From: Candidatus Heimdallarchaeota archaeon
GTDB lineage: Archaea > Asgardarchaeota > Heimdallarchaeia > Heimdallarchaeales > Kariarchaeaceae
DNA: 32,000 bases
Reading direction: 5' to 3'
Assembly (NCBI GenBank): GCA_030149205.1
Contig: JASBSB010000008.1
Span: forward strand, 91,318 to 123,317
Shown: piece by piece, positions 9,868 through 17,919 of the stretch
How positions within the stretch are numbered: position 1 is the first letter of the stretch
Layout of the letters: each line of letters begins with the position of its first letter
Made by a program: the position numbers and the translations under genes
Notes under the pieces: generated by a model
The model's input: only the letters and a program-made list of their open reading frames with translations
What the model was told of the DNA's origin: nothing
Databases searched by the model: none

Positions 9868-11470
9868 AAGTTTCTAACTCCTTTTTTAATGTGTTAACTA
9901 TACCTTCCACAGTTGGAGACTCTGCCATTTTTGATTTGATTCCAAGTTCATCCAGTTGACTTTGAACTGATTTCCCAATTACAATCCAATTGAACTTAGA
10001 AGATTTTTCCAGGGAATTAATTACATGTAAGACCCCTTTAGTTGAAAATCCAACAATATAATCTGGTTCAAATGGTAATTCAACACTCAGATATTTAGTT
10101 GAATAGACTTTAAAATGATCAACGTACTCAAAGGGTGATACAGTGTAAGACTCACCTGAAAAATATACCACTTTATCTTTAGTGCTTAACACTTCCTTCA
10201 AATGAAGTTGTAATTCACTCATCCCATTTAAGGAAACAATATTGACAGGAAATCCATTTTTTCTTAAAATTTCACTTGTCCTATAACCAACAGCAGCTAC
10301 TTTGAATTTAGACTTTGGAAACTGTTGTTGTAGTTTATTCAAAAATGGAATTGCATGCTTACTGGATATAATTACCCAGTTTGCGGATTTCCAAGATTGA
10401 ATCACATTTGAATTATTGAGTAACGAATAATTAGTTTCATACTCAATGATTTTTAAATTTGAAGCCATGTAACCTAAATTTACGGCTTCAGAAATGTATG
10501 GAGCAGCTGTTTCATCGTCAGTCAAGAATAAAATTGAATTTCCATTATTTTTAGAATCTGATGTTCTTGAATCCATGTTTTCACTGGCTATGAATTTTAA
10601 GAAGCGGTTTTTTAGAGCATTAATTGTATTATCTTGAAGTAAAATTCTATTGAAATTAGAAGTACCAATAGATTCAAGGTAATAGGTGGATGAGAGTTGA
10701 ATTTCACTGTCCCCAACATTTGTTATCGATATCCCAACTCCACTATCACATCCACCAAGAAACTGTCCTAACAATTCCCTCTCAACCTTAGTTATGAGAA
10801 AGCTATCTTCATCACCGATCTCTCTCAATTCAGAATACTCACCTTTTCTTACTTGAACCGCAATAGCAGATTGTCCAGGAGATGTTGGGAATCTGTCAAG
10901 GGGGAGAATTATCATCTGAATGTTCTTAGCAATTTTTAGAACTATTCTGTCAAAAACAGCTGCAGACATAACTAATCCATCGATATATTCTGTTTCAAGT
11001 TGTTTCACTCTTGTATGAACATTTCCTCTAATATCAAGTGGGATAATCGTTGGATCTAGAGCTTTTAGTTGGCTTCTTCTACGAATTGAACCTGTGGCTA
11101 TTCTTGAAAATTTTCTTATTTTTAAAGGTGATGTTGATAATAAGTTATCAGATTTAATCAACAGAACATCATTTGGAGTGTCACGCTTTAGAACAGTAAC
11201 TATTTCTAACTCATCTGGTTGTTCTAAGGGTAAATCTTTCAAACTATGAACTGCTATGTCAATCTTACCTTCCAGTAATTCTTGCTCCAATCTGCTTGTA
11301 AATACACCCTGTCCTCGGAAGCTTGAGATGGGGGAAACCAAATCAATATCACCCTTACTTGAGATTCCTTTAATCGTAACTTCTTGGTTGAGCTTATTGA
11401 TAATGGCATCTTTAACCATTTTAGCCTGAATTAAGGCTAATTCGCTCTTTCTGGTTCCTATACTGATCAA
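9851..11470 (-). CDS. hemC: Hydroxymethylbilane synthase fused to a uroporphyrinogen III synthase domain (HemC-HemD)
   Basis: The N-terminal ~300 aa has IGTRKSELAL, DIAVHSLKD, GSIRRRSQL, DIRGNVHTR and the cofactor Cys in GGCDSG. The C-terminal ~230 aa looks like HemD (WVIISSKHAI, AAVGYRTSEIL, IVIGKSV, AESPTVEGIV). The TTG start overlaps the hemA TGA. Confidence 0.88.
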   Translation of the reverse strand: MISIGTRKSELALIQAKMVKDAIINKLNQEVTIKGISSKGDIDLVSPISSFRGQGVFTSRLEQELLEGKIDIAVHSLKDLPLEQPDELEIVTVLKRDTPNDVLLIKSDNLLSTSPLKIRKFSRIATGSIRRRSQLKALDPTIIPLDIRGNVHTRVKQLETEYIDGLVMSAAVFDRIVLKIAKNIQMIILPLDRFPTSPGQSAIAVQVRKGEYSELREIGDEDSFLITKVERELLGQFLGGCDSGVGISITNVGDSEIQLSSTYYLESIGTSNFNRILLQDNTINALKNRFLKFIASENMDSRTSDSKNNGNSILFLTDDETAAPYISEAVNLGYMASNLKIIEYETNYSLLNNSNVIQSWKSANWVIISSKHAIPFLNKLQQQFPKSKFKVAAVGYRTSEILRKNGFPVNIVSLNGMSELQLHLKEVLSTKDKVVYFSGESYTVSPFEYVDHFKVYSTKYLSVELPFEPDYIVGFSTKGVLHVINSLEKSSKFNWIVIGKSVQSQLDELGIKSKMAESPTVEGIVNTLKKELETYELQI

Positions 11471-12600
11471 TTAGAATAGACCTCCTCATCAAGCACATCT
11501 TCAAACCTTTTTTGTGAGATGTACATTATCTCGTTAACAAATTTCTCAAAGTTCCGTTTTGCCTTCTTATCTTCTTTTAAAAATAAACCCATTCTTTGTT
11601 CGGCAACAACTTTTACATCTGACCTAAAACTTTTCCAAAATTCAGATTTTGAGAGTCTTTGATACTCTTTCAGAATTTTCAAAAGCTCATCATCCAACAT
11701 TTCCCTAATTCCACGGAACTCACCATCATCATCAAAGTTTCTAGAAAGAGAAAGCAAGGATTCCATTGAAAAGACATTAATATTCTCCAGATCCTTAATT
11801 TCTGGATGACAGTTTCTAGGGAGACCAAAATCAAATATTAGTTTCTCAGAGTTTAAAGGAAAGTCAGAAGAATAAACAAATGGTGTCTCTGCACGTGTGG
11901 TATAGAAAAGAACTGGATGATTAGGGACAGAATTATAAGATTCAGCCCGGTAACCCTCCAATTCAAGACCCAATCTATTTTCTGTTCTTGTATAAACTGT
12001 AATGTTATCATTCAATTCTTTAAGATGGTGAACAATTATCTCAGCCATCTTTCCCGTTCCCACAACACCTAGAGAAGAAGCTTGTTTAATTTGCTGTTCA
12101 AAATTTGATGCAACAAAATAAATTGTAGATTTTTTTGCATAAGATAAAATTGTGGAAGACCTTAGACGCTTTCCCGTACGAATTACCATTTGCATTAAGC
12201 GCTTCAAGTCACCACTCATGTAAGGCTCTGATTCAGTATACGCTGTTTTGAATTGATGTTGAATCTGGTCTTCCCCAATAACCAATGAATCAAGTGAAGA
12301 GATAACCTCAAGTAAGTGCTCTAATCCCTGTTTTCCTTGTAATTGTTCACAGCTTTGCAAATCTTTCCAATGGTTAAATTTACGGAGCCTTTCAAGATAT
12401 TGTTCTGATTGTTCTTTATCTGAATTTAACGTTACAAGTAAAACCCTTTGACAAGTGTTCAGGTAAAAAAAATTTCCGAATACCTTGTGAATCTCCTTCA
12501 AATATTGAGCTCTGTTCTCAGATGGTAGAATCACTTTTTCAACATCCTCAATGCTACATCTCCCCAGCCTCCACGACAGAACCAAAAGAGGAAAATCCAT
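11467..12600 (-). CDS. hemA: Glutamyl-tRNA reductase
   Basis: Catalytic YLNTCQR (canonical TCNR), HLLEVISSLDSLVIGEDQI, NADPH site GVVGTGKMA and DFGLPRN. The start is placed at ATG 12600 (MDFPLL...), which follows GGAGG by 9 nt and lies 2 nt after the hemH stop. Confidence 0.88.
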   Translation of the reverse strand: MDFPLLVLSWRLGRCSIEDVEKVILPSENRAQYLKEIHKVFGNFFYLNTCQRVLLVTLNSDKEQSEQYLERLRKFNHWKDLQSCEQLQGKQGLEHLLEVISSLDSLVIGEDQIQHQFKTAYTESEPYMSGDLKRLMQMVIRTGKRLRSSTILSYAKKSTIYFVASNFEQQIKQASSLGVVGTGKMAEIIVHHLKELNDNITVYTRTENRLGLELEGYRAESYNSVPNHPVLFYTTRAETPFVYSSDFPLNSEKLIFDFGLPRNCHPEIKDLENINVFSMESLLSLSRNFDDDGEFRGIREMLDDELLKILKEYQRLSKSEFWKSFRSDVKVVAEQRMGLFLKEDKKAKRNFEKFVNEIMYISQKRFEDVLDEEVYSN

Positions 12601-12601
12601 C

Positions 12602-13624
12602 TCAATTTTCCTCCAAGTAACCTTGCAAAAATTGGGCAACTTTGTTTGCGTAATCATCATCATCATTTGGAACTGAGACTCGAACATAGTTCCGAACACC
12701 ATATTTCTTGGCCAAGTCACCATATAAGATATCAATCTCATACAAGGTTTCTACATGGTCTGAAACGAATCCTAGGGGAACCATAATGATTGTAGAAGGA
12801 GATGTTTTCGAAATTTCCTCTACGGTTTTATCTGTGTAAGGTCTTAACCAAGGAAGAGGTCCAACCTTACTTTGGTAAGAAAGATGAAAGCTAATCTGAT
12901 TTTTGTATTCTCCTAATCCATCGATTATAAGTTGTTTAGCCTCTTCTATCCTTCTGGGATATTGTTCACCACGATCTACATATTTTTGTGGTAACCCATG
13001 AGCAGAAAATACCACGTGAACATTTTTATCCATCACCATCCCATCTTTCTGGAATTGTGTAAGTTTATTCTTAATCTCATCACTCCACCAGTCGATGTAA
13101 AAACCCTGTGTTGTCCAATCATCAATTTCTGTTATTGTCAAATGTGAAGTATTTTCTTGTGTTTCTAGAAACCTATAAAAATCATTGAAACTAGAACCTG
13201 TAGTTGCAGAAGCATAGTGTGGGTATTGAGAAAATAACAAGATGTGGTCATACCCATTTGTAATTTGTGATTTTAACTCCTCAACTCTCGGATAAGTATA
13301 TCTCATAACAACTTGAGTATCCACATCTAATCCAGATTCAACTAAGTTTGATTTAACTTTATTCGCCAATGATTCAGTGATAAGAAGAATAGGACTTCCA
13401 TTCCCAATTTGACCGTACATATGACGTGTTCCCTTTGATCTGAATATTGAAACCATTTTTCCAAACTGTTTTTGAAAGAGGTTCATAGGAAAAGGGAGTT
13501 GGATCATGTCCTTATCTTCAAAAATATTTTGAAGGAATTTAGGGATATCTTCAAGTGTCTCAGGTCCACCCATATTTAGAAATAAAATTAAAGTCTTCTT
13601 TTTACTAGATCCTAGACCACTCAT
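12602..13624 (-). CDS. hemH: Protoporphyrin ferrochelatase
   Basis: LFLNMGGPETLED, FSQYPHYASATTGSS, FSAHGLP, SYQSKVGPLPWL and VPLGFVSDHVETLYEID. Confidence 0.96.
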   Translation of the reverse strand: MSGLGSSKKKTLILFLNMGGPETLEDIPKFLQNIFEDKDMIQLPFPMNLFQKQFGKMVSIFRSKGTRHMYGQIGNGSPILLITESLANKVKSNLVESGLDVDTQVVMRYTYPRVEELKSQITNGYDHILLFSQYPHYASATTGSSFNDFYRFLETQENTSHLTITEIDDWTTQGFYIDWWSDEIKNKLTQFQKDGMVMDKNVHVVFSAHGLPQKYVDRGEQYPRRIEEAKQLIIDGLGEYKNQISFHLSYQSKVGPLPWLRPYTDKTVEEISKTSPSTIIMVPLGFVSDHVETLYEIDILYGDLAKKYGVRNYVRVSVPNDDDDYANKVAQFLQGYLEEN

Positions 13625-13652
13625 AAAGCTCTAGACTTTATACCACATTTAA

Positions 13653-13660
13653 CTTTAAAA
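13653..13660 (-). promoter_or_regulatory. Putative TATA box of the heme operon
   Basis: Minus-strand TTTTAAAG at -36..-29 from the hemH ATG. Confidence 0.4.
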
Positions 13661-13824
13661 GGAATAGTTTCTTTGATTCCGGAATCACCTGAACCTTTGT
13701 GGTTACGAAAAAATAAAGAGATTTTCATCTTTAATATTGAAAACATAAAGTAATTGTCTGTGGAATTAATATTCATTAAACTAAACATTTAACATTATAG
13801 TTTGGTTATCTTAAAGAAAAGATC

Positions 13825-13850
13825 AAAATAAATAGTCACTTATTTATTTT
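13825..13850. repeat. Perfect 10-bp inverted repeat in the divergent intergenic region
   Basis: AAAATAAATA-gtcact-TATTTATTTT. AT-rich, so the significance is limited. Confidence 0.45.
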
Positions 13851-13879
13851 ATCGCTCAGCGTCAGTCAAATCACAGGGT

Positions 13880-14170
13880 GTGGTCACAGTTTTAGGTGAA
13901 CAGAGAAATATAAATACAGAGAATAAAAAATTGAATGAAGTAGAAGCAGAACAGGGAGAAAAAGAACAGATTATACCTCTCCAGCAACTAAAAGATCGAG
14001 ACCTTTCCATAATTAAATTTAAGCAGTATCAACCAAATAATTTGCATCAATTCCAAAACACACCAGATCAGAAGAAATTTTCAAACAAGAGAAAAAATAT
14101 TGCTAACCTAAGCAGACCTGTGTCATTGAAGTCAGTGATATTTAAGCTCGTGAGTGAGGTGAATATTTGA
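13880..14170 (+). CDS. Hypothetical small protein (doubtful)
   Basis: 96-aa Q/N/K/E-rich ORF with a GTG start. The only support is a 4-nt TTGA overlap with the next gene. Confidence 0.3.
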   Translation: MVTVLGEQRNINTENKKLNEVEAEQGEKEQIIPLQQLKDRDLSIIKFKQYQPNNLHQFQNTPDQKKFSNKRKNIANLSRPVSLKSVIFKLVSEVNI

Positions 14171-15321
14171 AATTATCAGAGAAAAATAAACTGTTATTAG
14201 TCTCGATACTAGTAATTTCCCTTACCACAGGCTCTATTGGATCATTTCCGGGGATAATTTATTTTTATGGACATCTCGGTCCCGTCATCTTCGCTGTATG
14301 GAGCCCAGATGGGTCAACGATAGTCTCCGGGGGTGCGGATACAAATATAATCATTTGGGACGTTAAAAACTCTTCATCAAGCACTGGCCTCTATAAATCA
14401 CCATTTATGGATGATTTTAGAGGGGACCCAATTTCAGGGTTAGCTTGGTCACCAAATGGGACTTATCTCGCGGGTATGAGCTGGAAAGATGGATTACATA
14501 TCTGGAATGAAAGCTACCACAAAAAGACCACTTTTCATCCTGCTGGTTACTCCTTTAGTGCTATGTCGTGGTTTGAAGGTGGCTTTCTGCTTGGGTTACT
14601 GGTGGGCGAGAATCGAGTTAACCCATATTTATCACTGAACGCAATCCTTGCAAGACCTAACTTGATAAATGGGAGTATATCTCCAATCCTGAAAACAAAT
14701 GCCACAATCTTAGACATCAAGGTGAACAGAAACAATCAGGTGGCACTGCTCTTGAAAAACAGCACGGTTGTCACCATAATTGGCACCCAGCAACAATCCT
14801 ATGTGTTCCAGCACATGCCGAAGGCAATCGAATGGGACAATCAAACCTTGGTAGTTAGTGTTCGCAACGAGATACGGTTTTTTGATGGCAAAAACACGGT
14901 GTTGAAGAACTCAAAAGATGTGACCGCTTTCGCCTTTAATTCCAACCACTCTGAGCTGATTCTTGGAGATGACAGAGGAGTGGTAAGTGTCTGGAACAAA
15001 ACAGACCTCACGAAGAAACTAGAATTTAAGACACCATCTTATAGAATTCACAACTTTGATTGGAGAGGTTCCTCAGTGTTGATCACAAGCAGTAATTCAA
15101 GTTTTTTCCTGTATTCGACCAGCAATGGGACACTGTTGGATTCTTATGGAGGTGTTCTGAGTTCCATTCCTGGTTCCCATTACCCTGTGGGACAATATCT
15201 TGATTACCCCTTTGTCTCAATTCTATTAATTTTTGTTCTTATCATTCCAATTATGAAACGAAGAAAACTTTTGCATACAATCAATCGAAGGTCTTACAAA
15301 AATATCTCTGAACTAAATTAA
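14167..15321 (+). CDS. Secreted, C-terminally membrane-anchored WD40 beta-propeller protein
   Basis: Signal-like N-terminus (KNKLLLVSILVISL), WD40 units (AVWSPDGSTIVSGGADTNIIIWD, LAWSPNGTYLAG, LILGDDRGVVSVWN) and C-terminal TM FVSILLIFVLIIPI followed by KRRK. Confidence 0.8.
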   Translation: MKLSEKNKLLLVSILVISLTTGSIGSFPGIIYFYGHLGPVIFAVWSPDGSTIVSGGADTNIIIWDVKNSSSSTGLYKSPFMDDFRGDPISGLAWSPNGTYLAGMSWKDGLHIWNESYHKKTTFHPAGYSFSAMSWFEGGFLLGLLVGENRVNPYLSLNAILARPNLINGSISPILKTNATILDIKVNRNNQVALLLKNSTVVTIIGTQQQSYVFQHMPKAIEWDNQTLVVSVRNEIRFFDGKNTVLKNSKDVTAFAFNSNHSELILGDDRGVVSVWNKTDLTKKLEFKTPSYRIHNFDWRGSSVLITSSNSSFFLYSTSNGTLLDSYGGVLSSIPGSHYPVGQYLDYPFVSILLIFVLIIPIMKRRKLLHTINRRSYKNISELN

Positions 15322-15338
15322 GAATTACATTAAATCAA

Positions 15339-16469
15339 TTATTGAAGTAGATGCTCTTGAATATACTCCTCCAATTTCTGTAACCCCTCTGTAAAGTTCT
15401 TCCTCCCAAAGCCAATTCGAAAGTGCTTGTTTCCAAAGAAATATGTTGTACTTGGAAGTAATACCACTCCCTTCTTCTGTATTAAGTCTAAACAGAAAGA
15501 TTCTACATCTTCTGTAAAATGACATTTGACAAACCCTATGGTTCCAGCCTTTGGTTCTGTCCATGAGAATAATGAACTATGCTTTGAAATAAACTTCTTG
15601 AATTCTTTTAAATTTTCTCTTATTATCTGTAAATTTCTTTGAAGTAAATTATTGTAATTAGATAAAGCCTGAATGGCGAGATACTCAGATGGAGCACTGT
15701 TGCAAATTGTGGTATAATCCTTAAAGATGGCAAGTTGATCTAATATTTCTTTAGACTGAGTCGCAATCCATCCAATTCGCAAACCAGGTAAGCCTAGTGG
15801 TTTGGAGAGAACGCCAAGTGATAAGGCGTGACTGTACAGGTCTGCAAAAGGAGGAATTCTATCCTTTTGATCATATTCACCCAACCTGTAGACCTCATCT
15901 GCAAAGATAATTAAGTCATGATTGCGTGCTATCCGAATTAGCTCCAATTGTTCTTTCTGAGTCAAATGAAAACCAGTTGGGTTATTCGGTGTGTTGATCA
16001 TGATGACCCGAGTGTTAGTTTTGATCTGATCTTCTAATTCTTTAAAATTCATCTTCCACCCCTCATTTTCATGCATTTTCCAATAAGAAACCTCGACCTT
16101 ATTTGCCTTTGCAACCTCGAAAAGTGATTGATAACATGGAAATTGAACAATAAGATGATCGCCCTCTGTTAGAATACCTGCCATAAAGGCGAATATTCCT
16201 TCTTCAGCACCTGAAAATGAAAGAATGTTTTCGGATTCGAGGTTTTCATAAAATTGAGCAATTTGTTCTAGCAACAAGGGATTACCCTGTGATTCAGTAT
16301 AAGAGAGCTTTAAATCTAAAAATCCCTGAAGGTTCTCATCATATTCTCCTGAGTTTGACAATATTTCAGAAATGGTAAATGATTCAGCATCTGAACCACT
16401 TAACATATATGGGGCGTTAAACTCATGTTTGGCATAGAACCGCTCAATTTCAAACATTTGAATTTTCAT
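15339..16469 (-). CDS. PLP-dependent aminotransferase class I/II
   Basis: INTPNNPTG, IIFADEVYR and PLP lysine in LGVLSKPLGLPGLRIGWI. Confidence 0.93.
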   Translation of the reverse strand: MKIQMFEIERFYAKHEFNAPYMLSGSDAESFTISEILSNSGEYDENLQGFLDLKLSYTESQGNPLLLEQIAQFYENLESENILSFSGAEEGIFAFMAGILTEGDHLIVQFPCYQSLFEVAKANKVEVSYWKMHENEGWKMNFKELEDQIKTNTRVIMINTPNNPTGFHLTQKEQLELIRIARNHDLIIFADEVYRLGEYDQKDRIPPFADLYSHALSLGVLSKPLGLPGLRIGWIATQSKEILDQLAIFKDYTTICNSAPSEYLAIQALSNYNNLLQRNLQIIRENLKEFKKFISKHSSLFSWTEPKAGTIGFVKCHFTEDVESFCLDLIQKKGVVLLPSTTYFFGNKHFRIGFGRKNFTEGLQKLEEYIQEHLLQ

Positions 16470-16668
16470 GATAGTTTTTCTATTAAGTAACTAAGTACCT
16501 TTCTATGGAATTACATATGATATGTTATCTCAACTTAACTTTAAAACCAAATACTAATTATTCAGAATGATAAAAAAAACACTTATTTTATTAATTTGAT
16601 TTATAATATAACAATAATATTATAGAATCGTCTTGAATTAGTTCAAAGTTTCGCAACTAACTTCTATA

Positions 16669-17919
16669 ATGCTTATAAACAAGTTGGACAAATACTCTAT
16701 GATGAAGAGGGTTTCAACAATTCTAATTTTGGTTATCTTATTCCAATTTGGAATAAACCTAGGGGTGAGTTCAATGGGATATCATCCAATATCAGAGGTA
16801 ATTCAACCACAAATCACCAATGCAACATATGTTTCTGTTAAACTTGGTGGGATCTCAACATCAGTAAATGATGGGGTAACGTTAAATATCACTGTTAAAT
16901 TTCAGACGGATGATGTTAACAAAACTTTGGTGGATTTATCACTGTCAACAACTGAGGGTCATTTTGCAAACAACTTAACAGACACATCTGTCCAGTTCAA
17001 AGCTGCGAATGTAACTTTATGGTTTCTTTGGACTGCCCCTGTAATTTATCAGAAACAGTCACTTAATGCAAATATCTCAACTACTGCCACAATGGACACA
17101 TTAACTGCTTCCGATTACAATATAGTGAAAGTTAACCCGGTTTTTTATGATTTTTCTGTAACTTGGATTCAGCCTACACAGATATTTCAAGATCAAACAG
17201 CTGCCCCTATTGAAATACAAGTGAAAAACAAGGTAAATTCTTCTCTTGTCTATAATGCAACAGTCTCTCTTAATTTAGAAATAGGAGTATTTACTGGGAC
17301 AAACAGAAGTGATATTGTGGTTTTCACCAATCAATCTGGTGTGGCTAAGGCATACATGAACTTCAAACCAGTATCATTTATCTATGATAAAAACACAGTC
17401 TCGGTCTCTGCAATAATTACAAAACCTAAGTACAATGACCTTACGTCTAACACCACCCTCACTGTCATCAAAGGAGCAAATAAACCATCGGCATCAGTGA
17501 AATTTAGTACACATACGGATGGGGGAATATCAATTGTTGAAATCTTAATTTCTGCAAAACTCAATGGTAATCCCTGGTGGAATGCCACCTTCAAGGTTAT
17601 TGCCAATGCAGGACAGTTTGAGAACGGACAACAGACGATATCTGTGAAGACAAATTCATCTGGTTTAATATTAACTACTTGGAACTCTTCAAAGATTCCG
17701 AAGCATGTTGACGATTTATCGGTATTTTTTGTTGTGAAACTTCAATCACTGGATTATGGAAACTTTTTCAAAGATCAAAACTACACCTTATCACTTAAAG
17801 GAACACCAACAACAATCTCAATACCATCCTCTAAGAACCCTTCACCGCTGAACATTAGCTCAATCATTATTTCTTTTATAATTACAGTTATCATTTTTAG
17901 GAGGAAAATATTCAAATGA
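16669..17919 (+). CDS. Membrane-anchored Ig-like (invasin/Big_1-like) surface protein
   Basis: Signal peptide (MMKRVSTILILVILFQFG; true start may be ~16699), about 3 beta-rich units ending in TNxSG/W motifs, many N-x-S/T sequons, and a C-terminal TM followed by RRKIFK. Confidence 0.75.
   Translation: MLINKLDKYSMMKRVSTILILVILFQFGINLGVSSMGYHPISEVIQPQITNATYVSVKLGGISTSVNDGVTLNITVKFQTDDVNKTLVDLSLSTTEGHFANNLTDTSVQFKAANVTLWFLWTAPVIYQKQSLNANISTTATMDTLTASDYNIVKVNPVFYDFSVTWIQPTQIFQDQTAAPIEIQVKNKVNSSLVYNATVSLNLEIGVFTGTNRSDIVVFTNQSGVAKAYMNFKPVSFIYDKNTVSVSAIITKPKYNDLTSNTTLTVIKGANKPSASVKFSTHTDGGISIVEILISAKLNGNPWWNATFKVIANAGQFENGQQTISVKTNSSGLILTTWNSSKIPKHVDDLSVFFVVKLQSLDYGNFFKDQNYTLSLKGTPTTISIPSSKNPSPLNISSIIISFIITVIIFRRKIFK

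Noticed and set aside
12601-12741. N-terminal extension of hemA in the ORF track (start 12741)
   Set aside because: It overlaps hemH by 140 nt on the same strand. HemA similarity and a GGAGG site point to ATG 12600.
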